Shown: one piece after another, positions 56,157 through 64,000 of the stretch
How the letters are laid out: each line of letters starts with the position of its first letter
Numbering within the stretch: position 1 is the stretch's first letter
Origin: a virus
Direction: 5' to 3' (one strand)
Virus record (IMG/VR): IMGVR_UViG_3300047320_000210
Location: 1-64,000 of that record
Length of the DNA stretch: 64,000 nucleotides
Program-made: the position numbers and the translations under genes
The notes under the pieces: model-generated
The model's input: only the letters and a program-made list of their open reading frames with translations
Told to the model about the DNA's origin: nothing
The model's database searches: none

Positions 56157-58959
56157 GGTTACCTCCCATGCCCAGCAAACTGGTGTCGATGTCCTTCGCC
56201 TGCAATTCCTGCAGCGATAGGAACAGCATAGGTCGACCGCCGCCCATCCCGGCGAACGGGGCGTATTTGACGAAGTACGGTTCTTCGTTGATCAGCTTGA
56301 CGAACTGCGCGCCGCTGTTGATCACCGGCGTGCTGCGTTCGTCGACGTTGCAATAGCGGGTGTAACTGGCGTGGGCCAGCACCGGGTCGAGCACCAGATA
56401 CTCGGGCGTGACCGCGTAGTGCAGACCATCGGTGAGGTACACGTTGCCCTTGGTGGCTTCCTCGGCGCTGCGCGAAATGGCCACGATGACCGCGATCTTC
56501 TGCATCACCAGGTCGATCTCGCTCTGCACGTAGCCGTCGCCGTTGCTGGTGAAGCGGGTGACCACCATCTTGATGATCGGTTCGAGGGTCTTCAGCGCGT
56601 TGAACAGGTGCAGTTCCTCGCAGACCTGCTGCAGTTTCCACAGGCCGACGAGGATCACCTGCAAGGAGTAGCGCGGGCGGTCGTCCATTTGCTCGGGCAG
56701 CAGCAGGTCGGCCTTGTCCATCAGCGCCTCGATCTCTTCGGGCGGGGTGGTCAGGGCCACGGCCATGATCGCCTTGCCCAGCTTGCGCAGTTCCTCGCGG
56801 TTCTTGTTGGCATGGTAGAAGTGCTCGCGGCAGTGGGCGCGCTTGAGTTTGGTCAGGTGGATCTGCACGCTGCGTTCCTGAATCGCCGGCACCTCGATTT
56901 CCTGTTCGGAAATCACAATCAGCGGTGAGGACAGCGGGATGGCAATCGCTTCGGCGCTGGAGCGGCCCATGTGGCCACGGCCGATGCGGCCCTTGAGGGT
57001 CGACTCGCCGTTCCACGCCTGCTTGATCCGTTCGCCGACGTCCTTGTAGGCCATGGTGGTCATCTTCGACTTGTTGAATTCCTCGATCACCCGGGGGATG
57101 GTCGTGGTGCTCGACAGGTATTCGAGCATCCCGTAGTGCGAGGTCGACGGGGCGCTGACCCCGCTGTCCTTGAGCATGTAGTCGGTGCCGTTGAGCCAAG
57201 TGATCAGCCCGGCGGTCTTGGACTTGCCGGAGCCGGCGCTACCCCACAGGCAGAGGACCGGGAACTGGCTGTACAGGTGCATGAAGTGGGTCTTGAAGTG
57301 CGCCGCGATGGTCCAGCCGACCATCAGCCCGATCTCGTGCTTCTGGTTGATCTTCAGCAACCGGTGCAGGGCCTGGTCCACCGCCTCGTCAGCGCGTTCC
57401 GCCATGGCGGTGTGCGCGAAGTACGGCCGGGCCAGCAGGTTGCCAAGGAACTGGTGGGTGCCGCGCACCTTGACCGAGTTGACGCTCATGTCCGGTTCCA
57501 CGTAAGTGAACACCGGGCTGTTGTCGACGAAATCCAGGTGGACCCCGGCGGTGTAGACCTGAAAAATCTCGCCCACGTCCTGGTCCTCCCGAAACACAGC
57601 AATCTTGATTTTCTGGATGTCGAGGTCCGTGCCCTGAAACGTCAGGTCGGTGATGCCTTCGAGTTCTCGCAGAAAGGCCGAGCGGCTAGAGAACGCCGGC
57701 TCTTTGAAAATGATCTTGCCCAGGTCCACGCCGTCCTTCATCACCGACATGCGGGTGCCGACCCGGCGCGGCCGGGTGCCGTCCTGCGGCACGTCGATGA
57801 ACACGTCCACCGGCTGCAGGATGAAGTTGCTGATGCGCCGCTTGCCGTCACCCTGACGGATGTAATAGCCGTCCGGTTCCGCCACCGCGCACAGGCCGGC
57901 GTCCGGGTTGCCGTCCTTGTTGGTACCGGTCTCGATCGCGCAGCCTTCACACGGGCGCTTGCTCAGCAGCGAGCGGATCGCGTTGCAGCCGAAGCTGAAG
58001 GTCGGGGTGTGTTCGACGTAGCGGATCTGCGCTTCGATGTGGTCGCGGCGCAACTTCGGCGTGTTGTACTTGCTCGACTTGGCGCTGCTGGCCAGCCGCG
58101 CGGCGAGGCTTTCGGCCACGCTCTGCGACACCCGGGCGCGCACGATGTAGGTGGCCAGCTGGGTCGCGGCCTGGTTGTAGGAGGCGTCCGCCTTCAGCGA
58201 GTCGTTGTCGCACAGCATCTGGATGCACGCCGGCACCGGTTCGCGGATGGCTTCCATGTCCGCCGACGAGGCGATGATCACCAGCTTCGGCTTGGCGTTG
58301 ACGCGCTTCTTGGCCTCTTCAAACAGGGCCTTGAGTTCGTGTATCACCAGCCCCTGCGGGTCGTCGACTTCGACCACGCGCGGCGCCTGGACCAGTTCGC
58401 GGTAGCGGTCGACGGTCAGCTCGGCCAGTTCCTCGGCGGTCACCGGCACCCGGTACTTGCCGTCATGCCGCTGCAGGTTGACGATGCGGAAACTGTTGCC
58501 CCGGCCGCTGCTGTACACCGAGAAGTCGAGGCCGATGACGAACAGGTCGCGGGCCATTTCCTTGTAGATTTCCGGCAGCCGCAGGGTGAAGCGGCGCGCG
58601 GCGAACAGCGCTTCATTGACGAGGATGTGCAGGCCCTTGCTGCCCGACAGGTAGATTTCGATGCAGCCCTTCGGCACGCCCATGCGGGTCAGCTTGCCAA
58701 GCAGTTCCTGGCCGCTGCTGATCGCCTGACCGAGGTCGTCCTTGCAGTCGATGTCAAAATACAACGGCCCGCGGTAGCCGATCTTGTCGCGGTTGCGCGG
58801 GATCTCGGGGTCAGTGCCGTCGCTGACCATCTGGTTCAAGGCAAGGATCGTCAGCTTTTTCGCGCCCTGCGCCTTGGCCAGTTCGACCGGGTCTTCTTCA
58901 CCCTGACTGGAAAGCAGGAACCAGGCGTCGTGCTCCGACCGCTGATAGTAGTGATACAT
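56134..58959 (-). CDS. AEP-type primase fused to a P-loop helicase
   Basis: YFDID and SGSKGLH (AEP), Cys cluster, GSAGSGKS Walker A. Confidence 0.88.
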   Translation of the reverse strand: MYHYYQRSEHDAWFLLSSQGEEDPVELAKAQGAKKLTILALNQMVSDGTDPEIPRNRDKIGYRGPLYFDIDCKDDLGQAISSGQELLGKLTRMGVPKGCIEIYLSGSKGLHILVNEALFAARRFTLRLPEIYKEMARDLFVIGLDFSVYSSGRGNSFRIVNLQRHDGKYRVPVTAEELAELTVDRYRELVQAPRVVEVDDPQGLVIHELKALFEEAKKRVNAKPKLVIIASSADMEAIREPVPACIQMLCDNDSLKADASYNQAATQLATYIVRARVSQSVAESLAARLASSAKSSKYNTPKLRRDHIEAQIRYVEHTPTFSFGCNAIRSLLSKRPCEGCAIETGTNKDGNPDAGLCAVAEPDGYYIRQGDGKRRISNFILQPVDVFIDVPQDGTRPRRVGTRMSVMKDGVDLGKIIFKEPAFSSRSAFLRELEGITDLTFQGTDLDIQKIKIAVFREDQDVGEIFQVYTAGVHLDFVDNSPVFTYVEPDMSVNSVKVRGTHQFLGNLLARPYFAHTAMAERADEAVDQALHRLLKINQKHEIGLMVGWTIAAHFKTHFMHLYSQFPVLCLWGSAGSGKSKTAGLITWLNGTDYMLKDSGVSAPSTSHYGMLEYLSSTTTIPRVIEEFNKSKMTTMAYKDVGERIKQAWNGESTLKGRIGRGHMGRSSAEAIAIPLSSPLIVISEQEIEVPAIQERSVQIHLTKLKRAHCREHFYHANKNREELRKLGKAIMAVALTTPPEEIEALMDKADLLLPEQMDDRPRYSLQVILVGLWKLQQVCEELHLFNALKTLEPIIKMVVTRFTSNGDGYVQSEIDLVMQKIAVIVAISRSAEEATKGNVYLTDGLHYAVTPEYLVLDPVLAHASYTRYCNVDERSTPVINSGAQFVKLINEEPYFVKYAPFAGMGGGRPMLFLSLQELQAKDIDTSLLGMGGNHAGSHFS

Positions 58960-58967
58960 GCCGACCC

Positions 58968-59219
58968 CTATTTGCTGCCTTTTACGAGACCTGAACGCAG
59001 TTCGTGCATCAGACGGTCGACAGCGCGGGCGGGTACGATGCGGTGGCGCGGGGAGTCGGTGTCAGACAGCCAGCCGCCGACGCTGTCCTGGGAATACCCA
59101 GTGAAAAAGGCGAGGTCCTTGTGGGACAGGCTGTGCTTTTCAGCGGTGGTGCGGATGAACGCCAGGCGTTCAGATTCGGGCATGCGATCCCCGACAGTGG
59201 TCCGGTCGTTCTTGTCCAT
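58968..59219 (-). CDS. Small HTH protein
   Basis: LSHKDLAFFTGYSQDSVGGWLS. Confidence 0.7.
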   Translation of the reverse strand: MDKNDRTTVGDRMPESERLAFIRTTAEKHSLSHKDLAFFTGYSQDSVGGWLSDTDSPRHRIVPARAVDRLMHELRSGLVKGSK

Positions 59220-59282
59220 TTTGCCCCCGGGTGAATCCCCCCAAACCGGAGGGTGGCTGTACCTAGTACAGAAGCTCTGAGG

Positions 59283-59308
59283 AAAAAAAGGCCCGGTTGC
59301 CCGGGCTC
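59283..59308 (-). terminator. Intrinsic terminator
   Basis: Minus strand GCCCGG-GCAA-CCGGGC followed by C and seven T. Confidence 0.8.
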
Positions 59309-59366
59309 TAAACTTTGTGTGCCGTCCTTTCGCGCGGGAGCGGTCACACCAACTTACCCTCAAGAT

Positions 59367-59894
59367 TCAAGTATGAATCACGTTCTCGATTCCTGCCGAA
59401 ATCTCCTCTGCAGGCCACGGGTTTACTGGAATTTCACTCGTCTGGAACTCCGGCGAAGTGCCGCGCTGCTCGGCCAGTTTTGCCAGCTTGGCGGCATGCG
59501 CCGGGAACGGTTGGATGGTGGTCATCAGCTTCTTCGTCAGCCGCTGCAACACCAGCGGGCGCTGGTTGATGTGGTAGGGCCGACCGCTTTCATCGTGGGA
59601 CGGACGGAACAGGCGATAGTCGCCGTCGCCCATGCCGCGCGCCTTCAGATTCTTGCGCAGGTTGCTGATGCTGGGCTTGTTGGGCAGCGAGAGGATGAAC
59701 AGATCCCCGGGCTCGCACTGGTTGTACCGCAGGGCGACCGAGTCATACAGCACGGTGGTCGGTTGGCCCGGGGTGCCCCGCCCCCGGAACTCCTGCGTCA
59801 TCTGGTCGTAGCCGACCGCGCCCTGTTTGATCACCTTGAACGTTGCGTCTTCCGGTGACCACTTCGTTGGTTTCTTGACCTTGTCGTCGTTCAT
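59367..59894 (-). CDS. Hypothetical protein
   Basis: ORF with G-rich RBS. Confidence 0.7.
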   Translation of the reverse strand: MNDDKVKKPTKWSPEDATFKVIKQGAVGYDQMTQEFRGRGTPGQPTTVLYDSVALRYNQCEPGDLFILSLPNKPSISNLRKNLKARGMGDGDYRLFRPSHDESGRPYHINQRPLVLQRLTKKLMTTIQPFPAHAAKLAKLAEQRGTSPEFQTSEIPVNPWPAEEISAGIENVIHT

Positions 59895-59947
59895 GAACTA
59901 CCCCCAGCTCTGGTTCGGATAGCGGTCGAATACCCGCCGCCTACCTG

Positions 59948-60385
59948 TCAGCTTAGACGGTAGAAATCCGACATCGGCAGGGTCATCAACGGTTTGAACG
60001 CGCCTTTGCTGCGCGGCAGCCGTGCCAGCGGCTGCGGTTCGAGGGTGGTGCGGACCATCTGAAATACCTGTGCGTTCCATGGGCCACCCGCCGGGCCGAT
60101 GCGGTTGACCCTGACCTGCAGCAGCTCGCCATCGGCGAAGAACTGGAAGCGCGCCGCGCCGTCGACCATGCGCCCCTGCTGCACGGCCCACAGCACGATC
60201 GAGGTCGCGCAGGAACTGGCCAGCAGGCGCATGGCGTTCTCCGGCTGGACCTTGCGGGTCAGGCACATGTCGAATTTTCCGTAGTGCCTGAGCACCCGTT
60301 CCAGCGGGCCACACTCGACCGGGATCACGGCCGGGGGCATGCCGCGTTTGGCGCGGAAGTCCGCGAGACTGGCAATTTTGTTCAT
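59948..60385 (-). CDS. Hypothetical protein
   Basis: AAGGAG RBS. Confidence 0.7.
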   Translation of the reverse strand: MNKIASLADFRAKRGMPPAVIPVECGPLERVLRHYGKFDMCLTRKVQPENAMRLLASSCATSIVLWAVQQGRMVDGAARFQFFADGELLQVRVNRIGPAGGPWNAQVFQMVRTTLEPQPLARLPRSKGAFKPLMTLPMSDFYRLS

Positions 60386-60389
60386 GGTG

Positions 60390-61118
60390 TCACTCCTTCT
60401 CAGGTGGGTTCAGCAGACGCAAGATCCAGTGCTCCTTGAACAGCCGGTCGCTCGGGTCTTTGTCAGGGTCTACATCGATGTCGGGGCGCGCCGGCAGGAA
60501 CTGGATGCGTTCCAGTGGCGCGGCCTTGGGGAATTCCAGTTTGAACACTGGGCGTGGCAGGCGCGTCAGCGGGCTGGGTTCCTGCAGGTAGGCGGCGAGC
60601 TGAAACTCGTCGCCGAGCAAGCGCTCGCCGAGGCCCAGGATTTCGTAGGACGGGTACTCGTTGGCGAGGAACACCAGCACCAGCCAGTCCTCGCCCGGCA
60701 GCACGAGGCCGAACAGGTCGGTGAGGATGGTCAGGGTGAATTCGGCTTCGTCCGGTTCCAGCACCACGCCCTCGGGCCAATCCCTGCGCAGGTCGGCCAG
60801 CGGGAACGTGACACGCGACCAGCTGCTGCGGGCCACGGCCTTGAGGGTGTAGGCCGCCCACAGGTCGCCGGCGAAACCAAGGGCCAGGGTCCATTGCCCT
60901 GGTGCCAGTTCCGACAGGCCGACCGACTTCAACCGGCGGCGCGCTTCGGCGTGCAGGATGTAGGTCAGGAAGCCTTCACCGTCGCGGCCGGTGAGCAGTT
61001 CGATCCACTCGTCCGGCTCGGCGGCCTGCGGAAACAGATGGAACGCCCGGCACGGCGACTGCTCGTAGGTGAGCGCCGCGAGGCGGCGCTCTTGTTCGCG
61101 GATCTGTTCAGGTTTCAT
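60390..61118 (-). CDS. Hypothetical protein
   Basis: ATGA-coupled ORF. Confidence 0.7.
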   Translation of the reverse strand: MKPEQIREQERRLAALTYEQSPCRAFHLFPQAAEPDEWIELLTGRDGEGFLTYILHAEARRRLKSVGLSELAPGQWTLALGFAGDLWAAYTLKAVARSSWSRVTFPLADLRRDWPEGVVLEPDEAEFTLTILTDLFGLVLPGEDWLVLVFLANEYPSYEILGLGERLLGDEFQLAAYLQEPSPLTRLPRPVFKLEFPKAAPLERIQFLPARPDIDVDPDKDPSDRLFKEHWILRLLNPPEKE

Positions 61119-61378
61119 AGGCTCTCCAGCAAAACGGGCGCTTCCAACAAGCGCCCGACGTTAAAACTGCGCAGCGCCTTCGCCTCCATGTCCCACACCA
61201 GCAGGTGATCGTCGGGCATGGGGCGACCGGGGCGTCCTCCCGGGGAGGACGGCGGTGGCGGTGGCATGTGAGTGGGGTGCAGCGTGGCCAGCATGGTGCG
61301 CTCGGTGTTGTCGGCTTTGAGGAACACGAGTCGAATGACGCCTTTTTCCAGCAGCGCTCTGAGGTCTTGGGTGTGCAT
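61115..61378 (-). CDS. Stand-alone WYL_2 / Sm-like SH3 beta-barrel protein
   Basis: L..G...L.F.KAD...R.M.ATL...VWD.E....RSF signature. Confidence 0.8.
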   Translation of the reverse strand: MHTQDLRALLEKGVIRLVFLKADNTERTMLATLHPTHMPPPPPSSPGGRPGRPMPDDHLLVWDMEAKALRSFNVGRLLEAPVLLESL

Positions 61379-61530
61379 CGCGGAGGTCTCGCCTACGTTC
61401 CGACTCGGGCGGTCGGATTCATTTGAGCGTAGTCAGCGGTCAGCGATTTCGGATTCGATGCCACACTGTAGGTGGGGCTAGCGCCCTTCCCTCTTTTCAG
61501 CCGCCGCCCACTGCGGGCATGGAGAACGAC

Positions 61531-61755
61531 GTGAGCAACGCACCCACCCCAACCCCTGCCCAACCCCCTGCCCCAGTCAAGAAGACCAAGCCATGGCCGG
61601 AGGCGCACGCCACGAACGGTGCGTGGGAGGCCAACTCCAACACCGGGCGGGCGCACACCTGCATCCAGTTCCTGCAGGCCCACGGCTTCCTCACCGAGGG
61701 CCAGGCCGAAACGCTGCGCACCCAGGTGGTGGAGCGCAGCGCCGACGCCGGCTAG
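61531..61755 (+). CDS. Small hypothetical protein, opposite to its neighbours
   Basis: GGAG RBS with GTG start; FLQAHGFLTEGQA motif. Confidence 0.55.
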   Translation: MSNAPTPTPAQPPAPVKKTKPWPEAHATNGAWEANSNTGRAHTCIQFLQAHGFLTEGQAETLRTQVVERSADAG

Positions 61756-61991
61756 GGTTTGCCATCGCGCTGGGCGGTCCCGCCCAGCGCATACCACGTC
61801 ATCAGGTTACCGCTGGCGTCCGTGGGCCACTCGGGGTGTTCCTCGTGGCCGCTGGGGGCCGTGAACTCCATGCAGTCTTCGTCCGGGCAGTGTTCGCCCG
61901 AGGGCGAGTGACAGTCGCGGGTCGGTTCCTGCCACGCGTTACCGCACGCCTCGCACAGGAACATCCGATAGCCCGGGGTCAGGCGTCTCAT
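61752..61991 (-). CDS. Small zinc-ribbon protein
   Basis: CEAC...C...CPDEDC. Confidence 0.6.
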   Translation of the reverse strand: MRRLTPGYRMFLCEACGNAWQEPTRDCHSPSGEHCPDEDCMEFTAPSGHEEHPEWPTDASGNLMTWYALGGTAQRDGKP

Positions 61992-62004
61992 GACCCGCAC
62001 TTCG

Positions 62005-62451
62005 TCAGGTAGCTGTCCGTTTCCATTTGCGTCGGGGCTCCTTGAAGATGGTGCTCGGGCACCAAAACGGCGCCCGCTTGGGTTTAGGGAAGCGCAGGTA
62101 ACGATCATGCTCGCGCAGCGCGTCGTAGCGCTGCAGGCGGTCGGCATACGCCTGCACCGTTTCGACCACGTCCTTGTGCCCGGCTTCCGCTTCGGCCCAG
62201 GTGCAGTAGCGCACCATTTCTTCGTTGAGAAACCCGCCGCCGAAGACCATGGTTTCAAACAACACCGGCGGATGGTTGGGGCCGTACCAGTTGTGGTCCA
62301 TGCTGAGAAAGACCGTACTGATTTCCGCCCTGCCGACGAAGTCCTTGGCCACACGGCGGTCGGCCTTCTGATACCAGTTGGCCCACTCCATCAAGTCGAA
62401 GACCTGCACCGGCGTCTGCCCGTCGAGGATGTATTTATCTTCAACGCGCAT
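62005..62451 (-). CDS. Conserved phage hypothetical protein
   Basis: ISTVFL..DH...P..FETMVFGG...RY.TW.EA..GH. Confidence 0.8.
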   Translation of the reverse strand: MRVEDKYILDGQTPVQVFDLMEWANWYQKADRRVAKDFVGRAEISTVFLSMDHNWYGPNHPPVLFETMVFGGGFLNEEMVRYCTWAEAEAGHKDVVETVQAYADRLQRYDALREHDRYLRFPKPKRAPFWCPSTIFKEPRRKWKRTAT

Positions 62452-62455
62452 GGGG

Positions 62456-62830
62456 TTAGATCGGCTTCGCCCAAGTCAGGACGGTCTTCAAACCGAACTG
62501 CTCGATCCAGCCCTTGATGGTGAGGTGATCGCGGCGGCCGGAGTCAACCACGTCGCCGCTGTGCGGGTTGGTCCAGCGTTTCATCTTGCCCACATGCGCC
62601 TTGCCTTTAGGCGCGCTCGACTTCTCGGCGGCCTTGATCGCCATCTGCTGCCCGTGCATGAAGGCGTACAGCTTGTCCTTGGACATCGAGTATTTAGACA
62701 GCAGGTCTTCCAGCTCGGCGTCGAATTCCAGTTCGCGTTTCAGCTCAGGATCATTCCTGAGTTCTTCGACGGCGGTAACTTGTTTGGCCAGCGCCAATTG
62801 CGCGGCTTTAAACTCGGCGATCTTGAACAT
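62456..62830 (-). CDS. MvaT-family (H-NS-like) nucleoid protein
   Basis: L.ND.EL..ELEF...L..LL.KY and NPHSG.V...H...K.W...G...V..W. Confidence 0.9.
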   Translation of the reverse strand: MFKIAEFKAAQLALAKQVTAVEELRNDPELKRELEFDAELEDLLSKYSMSKDKLYAFMHGQQMAIKAAEKSSAPKGKAHVGKMKRWTNPHSGDVVDSGRRDHLTIKGWIEQFGLKTVLTWAKPI

Positions 62831-62876
62831 CTGTACTTCCTTAGTGGGGTAATTTCAACGGTTCAGCAGGTGGAAC

Positions 62877-63263
62877 TTAGGCCTGTAGCCACGACTGCAC
62901 GACGTCTTCGCCGTAGGTCTCGACCCACAGTTTGTAGGTGCCGTGGCTCAGGCGTTTGATCGTCAGCACGTCGCCGGTGTGGGGGTTGAGGAACGTCTTT
63001 GCGTCCTCGGGACCAGTCGCGCGAGTCGCCTTAGTCTTGCTGGCGACCGGCTTCTTGTAGAAGTCCGAGGTGATGTCCGCTTTCAAGAACAGCTGCAGCT
63101 TGACCTTGTTCATCGAGTGCTGCGCAAGGAAGTCGTCCAGGGCCACGTCGAAGGCTATCTCTTTCTGCAGTTGCGGGTCTTGCTTGAGGGCTTCGAGGTA
63201 GGTGTACTTCTGAGCAAGTTGCAGTTCGAGTTCGCGGTACTGTTCAATAGCTAACATAGGCAT
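62877..63263 (-). CDS. MvaT-family nucleoid protein, second paralogue
   Basis: YRELE.QL...LK.D..L.KEI.F and NPHTG.V...YG..VV.SW. Confidence 0.9.
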   Translation of the reverse strand: MPMLAIEQYRELELQLAQKYTYLEALKQDPQLQKEIAFDVALDDFLAQHSMNKVKLQLFLKADITSDFYKKPVASKTKATRATGPEDAKTFLNPHTGDVLTIKRLSHGTYKLWVETYGEDVVQSWLQA

Positions 63264-63325
63264 GTCCTTATTATTAAAAGAATATGGGCAGCTAAGAAGC
63301 TGCCCGGCACGCAGACTACACGAAG

Positions 63326-63940
63326 TTAAATCTCGCGAGCATATTCTTTGCGGGTGATGGCGATGGTTTCGATAACACGTAAGCCGTACTCGCGGGCCTT
63401 ACGGCCTGCCGCTAGTTCGGCTTCTAAGGTATTGATACCGGGGTCACAGTGATAGAACGGAATTAGCGTGCCATCAGCACGCGCCACCTGTAGCACCACT
63501 TCGATCTGCCGCTTGATTAGCGTGGCGTGGTGTTTGGTTTTAGGGCGCGTGAAGGCCGCTTCGGCTGTTTCTAACGGCGGCTTGGCTTTAAGCGGGGTTT
63601 TCTTCTTAACGACAACGGGAGCAGGTTCAGCGGGGGTTGTATCTAAGCCCCAGTCGCGCCGCAGTTGCGCTGCGAGGTCGTCTAACTCGGCCCGCTGTTG
63701 GGCGGCGGCGGTTAGCGGGGACGGGTCTGAACTGTTGAACGTTATCTGATCTAGGGTAGACGCTTGAAGCAAGGCCAGCTGGGCTTGTTGTTCAGCTAAT
63801 TTGCGCTTGGCTTCTTTCTTCTTGGATACAAAGGGGCGGTGCTTGGGCTCGGGCTCTACGATGATTGACGCTAACACACTGCGTATGCCGGCCTCTGTGT
63901 TAGCCAGTCTGCTAAATCCTGATGATGTATTCAAAGCCAT
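63326..63940 (-). CDS. Hypothetical protein
   Basis: AAGGA RBS; visibly lower-GC codon usage. Confidence 0.7.
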   Translation of the reverse strand: MALNTSSGFSRLANTEAGIRSVLASIIVEPEPKHRPFVSKKKEAKRKLAEQQAQLALLQASTLDQITFNSSDPSPLTAAAQQRAELDDLAAQLRRDWGLDTTPAEPAPVVVKKKTPLKAKPPLETAEAAFTRPKTKHHATLIKRQIEVVLQVARADGTLIPFYHCDPGINTLEAELAAGRKAREYGLRVIETIAITRKEYAREI

Positions 63941-64000
63941 TCGTCTAGTCCTTTTCTTCTTCGAGTGTTAGGGCGTCCTGCAGCGCATAAACTGCCAACA

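Overview
The window is a large contiguous part of a GC-rich, long-tailed dsDNA phage genome (siphovirus-type: tape measure and tail tube present, no sheath seen). The host is very probably Pseudomonas, because there are two MvaT-family genes and an RsmA/CsrA homologue. Layout: (1) 1-2.7 kb, start of a serine resolvase with a repeat-rich res-like upstream region, a short leftward operon, three copies of a 16-bp palindrome and a sigma54-type promoter; (2) 2.8-5.9 kb, rightward array of small paralogous helical proteins; (3) 6.0-11.9 kb, leftward accessory operon with a RepL-like initiator and repeat-rich origin candidate, XRE HTH, HicA-like, vWA, two WYL-less CapW/BrxR-type winged-helix proteins and CsrA; (4) about 11.98-12.58 kb, an ORF-poor, extensively base-paired segment ending in a terminator, read here as a probable large structured non-coding RNA that I cannot assign to a family; (5) 12.9-16.2 kb, GH108 endolysin and others; (6) 16.2-44.5 kb, packaging, head, tail and holin genes; (7) 44.5-59 kb, leftward replication/recombination block (TraR/DksA-like, SbcCD, resolvase-like nuclease, Dda-like helicase, full-length PolA, SSB-like, SNF2 helicase, primase-helicase); (8) 59-64 kb, accessory genes including a stand-alone WYL_2-like protein and two MvaT paralogues with altered DNA-binding motifs. 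Resolvase, RepL with repeats and palindromic sites together suggest a phage-plasmid lifestyle. All calls come from motif recognition by eye; no searches or folding programs were run.
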